Assembly (NCBI RefSeq): GCF_011386835.1
Contig: NC_088804.1
Span: forward strand, 25,172,001 to 25,236,000
From: Chrysemys picta bellii
Taxonomy: Eukaryota
Direction of reading: 5' to 3'
DNA length: 64,000 bases
In this document: piece by piece, positions 11,625 through 24,124 of the stretch
Numbering within the stretch: the first letter of the stretch is position 1
Layout of the letters: each line of letters begins with the position of its first letter
Notes under the pieces: generated by a model
The model's input: only the letters and a program-made list of their open reading frames with translations
What the model was told of the DNA's origin: nothing
Databases searched by the model: none
Made by a program: the position numbers and the translations under genes

Positions 11625-12072
11625 CCTTGTCAAAATGAATTTCCGGATGAGTTGCAAGGACTTCTACGTCTTTGTGATTGCCCAGAAGCAAGTCATGACT
11701 ATGGCAAAGTCATCCAAGAAGTACTAGACTTCTGGCATATCTGAGAGGTATGCAAATTGGGAAGTTGATTTATTGACTGAATAAAAAAATCCGGCCTTTA
11801 CCCCTGTTGTTTGTTTAGTGTACAAATAAATCTGTATGTTTAAATATGTATTACGACTAAGTCTATAATTTACACTCACTGATTCCAGACCTCTGTGATG
11901 TAGTTTGCTTCAGCTGTCCGTGGCTGAAGCTGGGGCTGAAGGCAGGACTGGGGGCCTCCCCTCTGTGACTGTGGCTGAAGCCAGAGCTAGAACCGGGACC
12001 CTTTGCTCCCCTGCCCTGCAACTGGATCTGACTTTGCAACCAGGATCCTGCGCCCCTGCAACTTCAGCCGAA

Positions 12073-12537
12073 GGGGGGGGGGCGGTGGGCACGGCTGGAG
12101 GAGCGAAGGGGCCGGCTCCTCGGCCATCGCGCCCCACGCTCAGCGCGGCCCCAACGTCGCCGCGGCTGCCTCCTGCGACGGCTCAGGGCTCGGCAGCTGA
12201 GCGCTCCACAGCTGGCGGGCAGATCTCCTCTCCCTGGCAGCTTCCTGCTTCCCTCGGCCCGGGCAGCCCAGCATTAGCAAGGGGTGGGGACCCCGCCCCT
12301 TGCTAATACTGGGCTGCCCGGGCTGAGGGAAGCAGGAAGTTGTGGGCTGCCCGGGCCGAGGGAAGCAGGAAGCTGCTGGGGAGAGGAGATCTGCCCGCCA
12401 GCTGCGGAGCGCTCGGCCGCCGAGCCCTGAGCTGCCGCAGGAGGCGGCTGCGGCGACGTTGGGGCCGCGCTGAGCGTGGGGCGCGATGGCCGAGGAGCCG
12501 GCCCCTTCGCTCCTCCGGCTGCGCCCGCCACCCCCCC
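12073..12537. repeat. CpG-rich long imperfect palindrome (about 210-bp arms)
   Basis: 12073-12284 is the reverse complement of 12296-12537 except for a ~27-bp tandem duplication in the right arm; hAT-like terminus cctagctacactactg at 12665-12680. Confidence 0.8.
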
Positions 12538-15500
12538 AATGGCTCCTCTGGAGTTGGGCTGTGCTGCCCGCCCTCCCCCTTGCCTGCAGGATCCCAGTGC
12601 TGGCCTGGCAGGTGCCGCTTTTGAAAAATGTGCTGAGGGGAAGCAGCTGTTTCCCCTGAACACCCCTAGCTACACTACTGCATTGAGCATGAAATGAGCT
12701 TTAACAATCTGTTGTGACTACTTACATTAAAGAAATCCATTCTACCTTGGTTTAGGAGAGAGACCACTGATTGACCAATAAGAATCTGGTGTTGCAGATC
12801 CCCATAGTGCAATTATTTTTTCTTCTCCATTGTCAGTGCAGCTTTTATTTTGGTGAGTTTTGCACACAGATGCAGAAATGTGGACTTGCGCATCCAAAAG
12901 TTCTGCAGCCCCTGGTCATGAGCCCAAGCCTTCATTCTTGTAGAAGATTTTTGCCCTTGGGAAGGATGTAAGATGACACCATATAATACACTTACTGAAT
13001 ATTTGTGAATCAGCTTCTACACACAAGCAATGACATGTGAACATGGGACTGTAAGGGCTGAATTCACAGGCAAGATAAATGCAGCAAAAGGCAATCCTAA
13101 AATTTGTGAACTGTTATGAGACTTCACCTAGACAAATAGTTATGAGAGACTCTTTTAAATACTCAAAATGTGTGACGCAGAGTTTGATGGAATGTAGGGA
13201 AATTCTTTCACTGCATCAAGTCTCCTGTAGCAATAAAGTAGCACCGGGGCAGCAGGTTTTTATATTTTTTGGTGACATCCAGAAAAGGTCCAAGGGAGTT
13301 TTGCTGTGGGAGGGGGTTTGGGGTCTGTACCGGGTTTACAATGGTGCCAATGGTGCTGTGGCACCAGGCCCACCCTGGGAAGGGGCCCATTACAGACCCC
13401 TGTAACCCATCCACATAGCTGGGTCTGGCCCCTCGCCTGGGGCAGTCCAGCACACAGGCCTTGCTGTCTTTTCACTGCAGACTTTGATCTTGGTGACAAA
13501 TCTGTAGAGAATTATGAAACTGGTCTAGGGGAGATAATGTCTCAGTATAAAACACTGGAAAGCTGTAAAAAAGTTGAAGGCTACTATACGCTGGCATTGA
13601 TCTATGTGCAGAACTCTCATGGACATCATTGGTTTTGTGCAAAAATTTAAGATAGAACGTTAAAGACTTTTTTTTTTTTAAAGAGAGAAATACTTTAGTG
13701 CACTCTTTTATACATAAAGTGTACTCATTTCCATGAGACCCAGAAGTGTGACAGATACTGTGGATCAGATACAGGGCTGTATCTAAACTGTGCTTAGTGC
13801 AGTTTGTGAAGAAAAGCGGGGTAAAGGTGCTTTAAGGTGCCAGTTATGTGTTCTGCGTCTCACTGCTGACTAGCTGCAGACCCAGTGCTCAGAATTAAGC
13901 AGTGTTCTCAGGGCTACTGTACTCTATACTAGTTTTCAATTGCCTGCTAAATCCTTCAGCCATGCCACCTTTTCACTTAGCTATATCCTGAATAGTGGTG
14001 ACGGGGGATGGGGGAGGGGGGCGGGGAGTCTAGCAGATGCCAATTTGAGGTGAATATTCTCTTGGCCAGATTCTGCCAGGTGCTTTGTGCTATGGACTGG
14101 AGCACAGTGGCTGGTGAATAACCAAGAGTCTGGTTAATAATTATTCTCTAAATTCATCTTTCTTCTTTCTCTCTCTCTGAATTATCACTAATTCAAAATA
14201 GTAGTGTGCAAGTTGACTGGATAATGGTAATAGCACAATCTCTTGTTATAACATTGTAAACCCTACTACCTGATTTTTATATTAAACACTTACTATACAT
14301 GATACAATAAATCTGACAGAAACAAAACCTAGGAAAAGTTTATTCTTTCTGTGTCTTATTTAAAATTTTCCAGTAATCTCCTCTTGCTTCAGAATGCCTT
14401 ATGCGTCACCCATACTGTTTGCAATAGGATTCAACCTGTGGCTTGGCTGCTGAGTCTTTACTGCTTCCTGAAGAGCTGGGAGCTCAATATTCATCTCAAA
14501 TAGATACTATATGCAGAAGCACAACTCAGTATATAGGGTGGTGGTGGGGGGAGAATTATTGACCTTTGTGCATATGTAATGGTGTTTGGTGTTTGTAAGG
14601 CAAGGTATAATAATCACACTTCCAAATTGCAATGAACTGTGGAAAAGTTCCTGTTTGGTGTGAGAGATGTTACTTATACTGTGTTGTAGAGATGTCTTCT
14701 GTTCTTAAAAAAAACCATGAATAAAGCTACTTTAAGGGAAATTACTGCTTTCTCCAACACCGAAGAGCTATGAGATCTTTGCTCACCAATTCTCATAAAA
14801 CTTGTATTTGTCATGCCTTTTTGGTGACTTTAGGATTACAATCTATTATGAATAAAGTACATTTCATTGATTGATTTTTAAAATGAAATTAGTAACTGGA
14901 AAAAATGGCCAGTATTTTTTTTTAATCCTGTGACAATTATAAACTACTGTATTCTGTCATTTACTTTCTAGAATCAAAAGTATATCTAAGTATAATCTAA
15001 AGTTCTCCTGCAAAATGCTGGCTGTGCAAACCCTTCCCTGGCTGGATCATTCTTGTGTTTTTATTTTAAGTACAAAATAAATATGTATAACGAATTTAAA
15101 AGTATGTAATTAGTAATTTGATATGTCGGGTGGTGCCTTTTTTTAATGTGTTCGCTCCCCTGATGTTAGAACTTGGCTACGCCACTGCTGTAGGGGGCTC
15201 ATTACCAGCAGCTGGGGGCCACCATGCGGGCTCGGCAGGGCTGCTGGACATGGGGCCAATGGGTGTAGGTGGACTCGGTGGGATCTTGGGAGTCACGTCC
15301 CAGGGATCTGCCCCGCTCCCCAGCACTGCTCCAGCTCTGAGCTGTCTCCACTGCCTGGGACCTGTAGGGCCCCACCTGCCTCCCCGGGGGCAGAGCCACC
15401 TGGGACTGGTGCAGAGGCTCGGCCAGTCTCAGACAGTCACAGGAGAGTGGGGGGGAGGGGAGGCTCAGCTGGGTTCTGCCAGGCATGTGGGTCCTGAGGG

Positions 15501-15630
15501 AGCCTGGTAGGCTCTGCTCCTGCTCCAGCCTGGCTGATCTCACCACTCCTAAGGGGCCGGAGTTATCCTGCCCCAGGACCAGCTCTGGCTGCGCTGCTGG
15601 ATCAGCCTGGCAGACACAGTCACCTCCCAT

Positions 15631-16390
15631 CAGGGCCGGCTACTGTGGCCGGGGATTAGGGTATGGGAGAGTAGGTCTCTAGTGGGTCTGGGGGGGGTGC
15701 TGGGCAGTGGGGGTTGGGGAGATCTGTGTGTGTCGAGGCGCTGGGAAGTGGGGGGGTGTCTGTGCGGGGCACTGTGCAGTTGTGGCGGTGGGGGGCAATG
15801 GGCAGTGAGGGGATCTGGGGGGGCTCTGGGTGGGGAGGTGTGGGGCACTGTGCAGTTGTGGTGGTGGTGGGGCATTGGACAGTGAGGGGATCTGTGGGGG
15901 GGTCTCTGGGCGGGGAGGTGCAGCGCACTGTGCAGTTATGGGAGGGCTGTGGGGGGTATTCAGCTAGGGGAGCACTGGGCAGTGAGAGGATCTGTGGGGG
16001 GGTTCTGAGTGGGTGGGGGAGTGGTCTGTGGGAGGGGGATTGGTGGGGGTGGTGGGGCACTGGGCATAGGAAGTCAGAGGGGTGCTGGGCAGGGGGGTAG
16101 CATGGTGCAGCATGGGCCCGCCCCCAAGGGGAAGAAGTGCCATGGCAGCGCAGGGCCGGGCTGCCCAGTGTGCATCTGGCAGCTCCCGGTTTGTACTGGG
16201 CTGGGTGGAGTGCCCTTGTACTGGGCTGGGTGGAGCGGGGCTGTCCCTGCCGTGCCATGACCCATCTCCCATTGCCCCCGGCCGGCCCCTCACTCTGAGG
16301 ACTCTTCCCCCCTGCCCCATGTCCCCATTTCCCCCATGAGGGCCCACAAATATGTTTAGCAGCGGGCCCACAAAAGGTTAATCCGGCTGT
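15631..16390. mobile_element. GC-rich hAT-type MITE with internal G-rich tandem repeats
   Basis: left end cagggccggc; truncated right end gggccccacaaaaggttaatccggc; internal ggggcactgtgcagttgtgg repeats. Confidence 0.55.
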
Positions 16391-16889
16391 TTTTGGGGTG
16401 CAGGCTCTGGGATGTAGTTGGGGTGCAGGAGGGTTGCAGGCTATGGGGAGTTTGAGTGAAGGGTGCAGGCTCTGACCTGGGGCAGGGGTTTGGGGTGCAG
16501 GAGGGGGTGCGGACATGTGGGCTCTGGGAGGGAGTTAGCAATTCAGCACATTATATAAGAGAAAGGAGCTGCAGTGATTTCATATAGACATGGAAACTGA
16601 TGGAAGACACTTTTACATATTCAAAATGTGAGAGGCAGAGTTTGAGGGAGGGGGTGTCTGTACAATATTTCACCGCATTCAGTCTCCTGGCTGGAGCAGT
16701 AACGTAGCCCCGCAGCCCTTGTATCAGACAGAGAGGAGCTGTGGTGTCTAAGCTTTGACAGTCTAGGAATTGGGCTGCTTATGCCTTTAAGTCCCCAGCC
16801 CCAGGAACCTGCCCTCTGCTCTGGGGCTGACATGCAGCGTCCTGTGAGCAGAACGAAAACAGCCTCTGCATCCTCCACACCCCTAGATT

Positions 16890-17520
16890 AGCGAGCACAG
16901 CACGTGGCTCATCCCGCGGGGTCACTGTTCCCCCCTCCCCCTCCCTAAACGGGGGTTTTGTCCCGCCAAGGGGTCTGACAGCGTCTCCCCCGGGGCTTAA
17001 CCTCGGCTACCACCCCCGATTTTTCCCCTTCAGCCCCTCTCCTGCCGCTACCTACAGTAGCTTGATACCCACCTGGCCAGTAAATTTCTGTCCCCTGCTC
17101 AGACCCTGACAGCCCCCCTGCTGCGATTTGCCCCCTTTGGTCCTTTTAAACCCCTCCAACGTGCAGGCAGCAAATCGTAAGTAGAATTAAAGGCAGAGAG
17201 AGGCCAGCGGCAACAGCGAAGATTACTGGGCATGCTCAGTTCGGGTGAGCATGCTCAGTGCACCCGAAGTAGGGAGCGGGGCAGCGTGACCGCTAGGGGC
17301 TCCCGTGAGTGGCGGTTACCTCAGAGCCAGGGAGATGGCCGGGGCGAGCGGCCGGGGGGACCCGCTGGCGTTGGAGGAGCCTCCCCTGCCCAGGCCCTCC
17401 CAGCCGGAGAGCCGCTTGGGTGACCAGGACGGGCTCGCGCAGGTGGGGGCGGGGAGCGGACGGTTTCCTGCCCGGGGGAAGGTGGTGCCCTGGCTGAGAA
17501 ACCGGGAGGGTGGGTGAGAG
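16890..17520 (+). promoter_or_regulatory. CpG island / promoter of WDR88
   Basis: GC- and CpG-rich island covering exon 1; GCATGC-centred palindromes at 17225-17257. Confidence 0.7.
17335..17442 (+). CDS. WDR88: WDR88 exon 1 (MAGASGRGDPLALEEPP...GDQDGLAQ)
   Basis: good Kozak context GAGATGG; CAG|gtgggg donor; DPLAL and GDQD match the recalled human sequence. Confidence 0.8.
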
Positions 17521-18145
17521 CCGGGGGGAGGGGTGTGACAGCTGGGGGAGGGGTGTCTCGGTACCTGGGAGTGGGGGTAAGAGCAGGGTGGGTGAGAGAC
17601 GGGATGTGTGTGTCTCAGTGCCTGGGGGGTAGGGTGAGTGAGAGTGCGTGTGCGTGTGTGTGTGTGTGTGGTGGTGGTGGGGGGGGTGTCTCAGTGCCTG
17701 AGGCAGGGATATGGGAGAGGCAGGTCTCAGGGGGCGGGTGGGAGAATTCTTTTGTGTGTGGGTGGAGAGGGTATCTCAGTGCCCCAAGAGTTGGGGGGAA
17801 TCAGTAGGAGCACTACTGGGATGAGCTGCAGACTGCCCTGTTCCTGTAGGGCCAATGCATGCCGGAGGCTGCTAGTTGGGGACAACTGGGACTATATGTT
17901 TTCTTCCACCACCTTCCCCCCATCTGTGGAAAGTATCGCCAGCCTAACCCTTCTTTGCTACCAGCAGGCTGACCTCTCCCCAGTGCTCATGTGCTCCTTT
18001 AATCTGCCTGCACCACAGTGATGTATTTGTGTATTACAAAACTTGGTTCATCCTCCCACTCAAAACACCAGTGCTCTTTGCAAAAAAACCTCTGCCCTTT
18101 TCTAGATTGTGGTAATAGTTCAACTGCATATTTCATTATGGTTTC

Positions 18146-19326
18146 TGTGACAGTGTACCCCATAAGGCTTTATGGGGGGGTGCTTATAAATGTATGTATG
18201 TTATAACTGGAATAGGGTTTTGCTACATATGCCATGTAACATATCTATGTAAAGGTTATGATCTACTGGTTATGTTCATCCTAGTTGTATGCAGGCACCA
18301 TTTGTGTGTTCAAAGTTATGAACATTGGCTGTATAATTGCTTGATTTCTAAGTAGCCTTAGTTAGAACATTTGATCACTTCTTGGGAAAGGAATGTGCAA
18401 ATTAGGTGCTCAGTCAGGAAGCACTTAACAGACAAAAGAGTTTGGAAGACTCCAGTTCACATAAGAAGTCTACCTGAGGACATTCAAAGTAGCATGTGGG
18501 TAACAGCTGCTACCTGCAAGTCCTGAGTCATGCATGGGCATGTGACTTGCCCATGTGATTCTGAATCTCCATTTTGTGACTGGATTCTACACAGGGTGAG
18601 GAGGGGGTCTCCACCCACAAGAGAAAGTCTATTTAAACCCCTGGGAGACCCCTCCATTGGGTCTTCAGCTGGCTAAAGAAGGAGCCTCTCCACCCCCTGC
18701 CCCCCAGGATACTTAAAGGAAACTGAAACAAAGGACAGTAACTACAGGGGGTGTGAGTAATTACTGGACCTAGGCTAAAAGAAGATTAGCCTGTAAAAGG
18801 GAGCATTCTGGAACTGGTGAGAATCTTATCTGTATTTAGTTTAATTAGATATAGATTTGTGCATTTTATTTTATTTTGCTTACTTTGTTCTGTCTGTTAC
18901 TACTTGGAACCACTTAAATCCTACTTTCTGTATTTAATAAAATCACTTTTTACTTATTAATTAACTCAGAGTATGTGTTAATACCTGGGGGAGCAAACAA
19001 CTGTGCATATCTCTCTATCAGTGTTATAGAGGGTGAACAATTTATGAGTTTACCCTGTATAAGCTTTATACAGGGTAAAACAGATTTATTTGGGTTTAGA
19101 CCCCATTGGATGTTGGGCATCTGAGTGCTAAAGACAAGCACACTTCTGTGAGCTGTTTTCAACTAAACCTGCAGCTTTAGGGCAAGTAATTTAGACCCTG
19201 CGTCTGTGTTGGAGCAGCAAGACAGGGTGCTGGAGTCCTGAGCTGGCAGGGAAAACAGGAATGGAAATAGTCTTGGCACATTGGTTGGCAGCTCTCAGGG
19301 GGGTTTCTGTGATCCAACCCGTCACA
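18146..19326 (+). mobile_element. solo LTR (about 1.18 kb)
   Basis: TGTGACA...GTCACA termini; 5-bp TSD gtttc/gtctc; internal TATA-like and AATAAA signals. Confidence 0.8.
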
Positions 19327-19719
19327 GTCTCATTATAATTAATATGCTATGCTGAAAGTGTTGTTAGTAACATACATACAATTGTCTGTGAAGACTGGAG
19401 GGGAACTTGTGTCAACCTATCCAGGAAAAGAAAGAAAAGCAAGAACAAGGCAGGTGTAATGTACTAAATTCTTAAAATACACAATTTATATTTTTAAATT
19501 GTTAATGTATTCATTGCTCCTGAAAGCAGAGGACTGGAAGTATCCTTTGTTACTTTGCATGTATAATGAACCACAATATAATATTCATGACAAATCAGAC
19601 AAACTCATTTAGCCTTTCTGATTATATCAGTTCTGAAGAACAGATACTGAACAGCAGTCAATACACTACCGTATGTCTATGAAAAAGATGCAGAAAAAAT
19701 GAACACCTGCTCAAGGAGG

Positions 19720-20981
19720 TTTGCAGTGGCACAGGATGAAGGCATAGTCTGAGTGATTATTTAAGACCAATTTAATCAAACAAAGGGTTCTTTTAATCCC
19801 AAGAGATTAGCCCACACAGCCAGGTCAATATGTAATTCAGATTTTACCCAATAATCACACTGTTGCCAATCCTTTAGTATCTAATATCTAAAGGTTTATT
19901 TATAAGAGAGAAGAAAGTGGGCAGAGTTAAAATGGTTAAGGAAAACAAATATATACACTCATTTCAAAGCAGTGATGTTACAGACTGCTGGCGTGTAAAG
20001 ACTCTGGTAACTTCCAAAAGATTGGAAGGTCCTTAGTCCATTGGTTGGAATGCGCCTTTTAGGGTAAGTCCATAGTCCAAAGATCAGAGCAGGAAAGAGC
20101 CAAAATGGAGATGCTTCCAGGGGTTTTTATACCTTCTCCCATGTGGAGGGAATTTTTCTCAGTCTTAGTTTGTGGAAAATTACAGGCACAAGATGGAGTC
20201 CAGGATCACATACAGAGGCAGATTAAGGTTTCTTGGGGTCCTGGGCCAGAGCAAGTGGGGGGGCCCCTCCCTACCCCTTCCACCTGAGGTCCTGTTCCTC
20301 CCTCCTCCACATGTGACCCTGCCCATGGCCCCACCCCTTTCTGCCCCTTCCCTATTCCACTCATGGTCCCCCCATTCTGCTCTTCCACCACTGTGGCCCC
20401 AAAACCAGATAAGCTCTCTGAAAGCTCCAGTCTTAGGGCTGCAGGGGGAGTCCCAGTGCTGGGACTTTCCCCACCCTGCTCCCGGCTGCTGATGGGGTCA
20501 GTGGGCACTGGGAGCTACCCACACTGCCACTCCCGGCGCTGCTTCCTGGGAGCGGGGTCAGGGCAGTGGGGCTTTTCCCATCCCTCTGGGACTCTGGGGC
20601 CCTTGGGCATGGGCCTCATAGCCCCAGTGGCTAATCCATCACTGGTCACATGCCCTTGCATGCTTCGATGACTAATAGGAATGGCTATTACCCATGTTTT
20701 GGCTAAAGTGTCCACAGAAAGACTCATGGGATGGGGACAAGCTTCTTCTGTGGCTCATTAAGAGTTAACTATTCCTTAATAGGCCATCAACGCATTTGAA
20801 ATACAGTCAATAGTCATACTTTTAGCTGCAAAGATGATACATGCAGACAAACAGGATAATCATATTTGATAGATTATAACTTACCTTACATGACATACTT
20901 TGTATAAGATTTGTTGCAATTGTCTAACAGTGGCAATATTAATTATATAAATGGTCATATTTCAATCATACAGCGTACACA
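19720..20981 (-). mobile_element. degraded LTR, reverse orientation, related to 18146-19326 and interrupted by a MITE
   Basis: minus strand begins tgtgtacgctgtatgattg and shares gtcatgtaagg/ttatgat-type segments with the upstream LTR; left boundary approximate. Confidence 0.5.
20213..20644. mobile_element. hAT-type MITE
   Basis: TIR cagaggcagatta / taatccatcactg; degraded 8-bp TSD atcacata/gtcacatg. Confidence 0.65.
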
Positions 20982-21262
20982 ACATACTTCAAGAATCAAA
21001 ATAGATTTTTTTAAACTTAAAGAAGAGCAAGATCATTGTCATGTACAAACAGGTGCTTAAAAAAAAGTCTTGCTGTGATCTGCCAAATCAACTGCAATCT
21101 AATAACAGAGAAAGATGAGTGTGAATGCTCTCAAACAGCAGGAACTAAAATATTCTAATCGGGTTACTACTTTTAGACTATCTCTTGAGGACTAACTTGT
21201 CAACAAGAAGGATTTATTATATAAGATAAAACATACTGTATCTTTGTTCTGTTCATTTACAG

Positions 21263-21373
21263 ATCCACTTTAAAATTTTGAGAGGGCACTGTGATACTGT
21301 GAGCTCCTGCCATTTCTGCTTTGAAGATACAAAAATTCTTTCTTGCTCTTATGACAGAACAATGAAACTCTGG
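21263..21373 (+). CDS. WDR88: WDR88 exon 2 (IHFKILRGHCDTVSSCHFCFEDTKILSCSYDRTMKLW)
   Basis: WD40 GH...W motif; ag/gt sites; 111 nt, phase 0-0. Confidence 0.92.
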
Positions 21374-23467
21374 GTATGTCATGAATCTAAAACAATTCAA
21401 CAGTCACGCCATAATAATGTCTAAACCAAGCAAGAAATTTCATATAAGTATGGAGGTTGAGTGAGTCATAAATTGACCTTCTAAACAGCATTTTATTCAG
21501 TTTGTAAAATAACTAAACTGTTTCACAGGTACAATTACAGTGTTAACGCTCCTATTCCATACTTTTAACATATTCTTTGACATTCAGCAGTGCTCCATGT
21601 AGGCACCTGGAGATGAATGTTCTTATACACTAGTGAGGGAGAGCTCTACTACAATATTATATAATATGTCAAGTCTTTCTGGGGAAAAAAAATATTTCGT
21701 TTTGACTTGGGAATGTCATCTTGTGCTGCTTTTATAGTGTTAATGAGGTTTTTTTTCCTAATTGTCATGTTTTTTCCTCATTAATTACCTGAACCTAGTC
21801 TCTGACTCAGCAAAGAACTTAAGTATGTATGTAGACCCTATTGACTTCAGAAGGACTTAGACATGTATTTAAAGTGCTTTGCTGAATAGCTGTGGACTTA
21901 AGCACATGCTCAAGAATTTTGCTGGATCAGCGCTCTAGTTCTTTGAATAAAATACTTCACAACAATGGCTTGTTACACAATTTTTGATTTCTTTTGATCT
22001 GGAGGTTCATTTTGCTCACCATCACATTGTTTGATGTGTACAGTCTTTCTTAGAGAATAGTGGGAATCAAGGGTTATGCACTATAGGCACTAGATTTAGC
22101 TATCAGCAAGGGCATAATGTTTTTTACACTTTTCATGTGCTGCCTTTTGTTTGCAATGAAGTCAAATCTGTCTGTTCTTTACTTTCTATCTGCTCTGATG
22201 CCCTTGGCCAGTTTTATGAAGTTACCTAGGGTTTCCACATAATTCCAACCAGGTTGGTTACAGCAACCAGGTTTAACTGAACTGAGGCACACAAGAACCC
22301 TGGCTGATGTGATGTGAAGGTTATTTATTTCAGTCTGTTCTAAAAGATGGCCCAGATCCTTATTCTTAGATAAGTACTATACCTGATGTTCATATGAGCA
22401 GCTGACAATTCATTATGCCTGACATATATGAACTGGTTTGTAACTTGATTCAAACACTTCCTGCTGAGGTTGGTATTAAGGGATGGTAATGCCTTAATGT
22501 TGTGAATACAGGTGTAGAGGCTATGATGCTATAAAGAGAACTTTAGTGCTGCATTTTTATCCAGATATCATGCTTAGCTTCCATTATGACACGTTAAGAA
22601 ATTTTCTAGTGAAAGTTTGGGAATAGATGAAGAACAAAGCTATACTTGGGGTCAGCTCAGGCATCCACAGTGTTCAACACTTCCAGGGTATCCAAGAGAC
22701 AGGACTCATTCCATCCTTAGCTCCTCCCATGAAACAGCTGAAGAGCCGCTCCCTTTTTGATAGGTTTCAAAGCAAATAATCATGATTACAATGGTGATGT
22801 TTAAGGAAATATTTGTAGGAGGCAAGACAGTAAATAAATGTGTCCAGCCAAGTGGATCATTAAGATGTTCACAATTTAATGTTGGTAATTCCATCACATT
22901 GTCAGAACTACATACTCACTCCTAATCCCATCACAGAATTGGAATTTGTAAAGTATAGATTCTTCTATTTTAGTGAAAACCTATGATATCAAACTTGCAT
23001 GTCAAGAGATTTAAATCAAAACAAAAAAATAAGGTAATTGCGGAATCTTCCTTAAGTAAACTAGATGGAGGGGACACATGAAAGCCTCTTCATTGAAAAG
23101 AGAATATAATGTATTGAATATTTTTTTCTTCATGTATGGAAGATTAGTACTGTCTGATGTGACTTGCTTATCTTGGGCATAGTTGTGTAAGAAAATTTTT
23201 ATCCAGCGCTCCCTGAGATATTATTTTTTGTCAGGAGCTATCTAAGAGAATCTACCTGAATGTTGAGGGCTTCCTTATAAGCAACACATAAGAGAGACAA
23301 TGGTTCATTTATCCTGATAACTTCCACTTTGTCAGGACAACTCTGATTTCCTCTTCTATAGGAGTAGCTGGGCCAGTTAGGATTCATAAAAGACCAGGTT
23401 TGATAACAAAGAGCTAGGGAAACTGTCAATTCCACTTTGTTTCTTTTGAAAGAGTAGGTATCAAATG

Positions 23468-23596
23468 ACAGGTTTCAGAGTAGCAGCCGTGTTAGTCTGT
23501 ATCCGCAAAAAGAAGAACAGGAGTACTTGTGGCACCTTAGAGACTAACAAATTTGTTAGTCTCTAAGGTGCCACAAGTACTCCTGTTCTTCTTTTT
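23468..23596. mobile_element. Penelope-like-derived insert containing a perfect 90-bp palindrome (23507-23596)
   Basis: no-loop palindrome centred at 23551/23552; 12-bp TSD aggtatcaaatg. Confidence 0.85.
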
Positions 23597-23721
23597 AGGT
23601 ATCAAATGTGTATCTAAGAAAGTATTTGGAATTCCTCTTGTGAATAGAAAATATTTCACTGGCAGTGCACACATCTTTTGGAAAACACAAATTAATAAGG
23701 CACAGTACACATGGTCTAGAT

Positions 23722-24124
23722 CAGTGGTTCTCAATCAGAGACACGTGTACCCTGAAGGTATGCAGAGGTTCTTCCAGTGGGTACATCAATTCATCTAGAT
23801 ATTTGCCTAGTGTTACAACCGGCTGCATAAAAAGCACTAGCGAAGTCACTAGAAACTAAAATTTCATACAGACAATGACTTGTTTATATGGCTCTATATA
23901 CTATACACTGAAATGTAAGTACAGTATTTATATTCCAATTCATTTATTTTATGAATATATAGTAAAAATGAAAAAGTAAGCAATTTCTCAGTAACAGTGT
24001 GCTGTGACACTTTTGTATTTTTATGTCTGATTTTGTAAGCAAGTAATTTTTGTGAGATGAAACTTGGGGTATGCAAGATAAATCAGACCGGGGTACAGTA
24101 GTCTGGAAAGGTTGAGAGCCATTG
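23722..24124. mobile_element. hAT (Charlie-like) MITE
   Basis: TIR cagtggttctcaa / ttgagagccattg; TSD gtctagat/gtcaagat. Confidence 0.8.

Larger units (their letters stand above)
10735..11727 (+). pseudogene. 5'-truncated hAT transposase C-terminal half including the dimerisation domain (possibly Blackjack-like), interrupted by a Penelope-derived insert
   Basis: ORF 10811-11427 contains [27 protein letters not shown]; after the insert (11428-11624) the frame resumes with LVKMNFRMSCKDFY...SSKKY* (TAG 11725-11727); a 1-nt frameshift near 10795 extends it upstream ([12 protein letters not shown]). Confidence 0.85.

Noticed and set aside
13481-13650. Open frame after a good acceptor (cactgcag|)
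   Set aside because: No recognisable protein motif, no convincing donor and no partner exons.
15118-16541. Multiple 100-286 aa Pro/Gly-rich ORFs
   Set aside because: They coincide with GC-rich MITE and low-complexity repeats.
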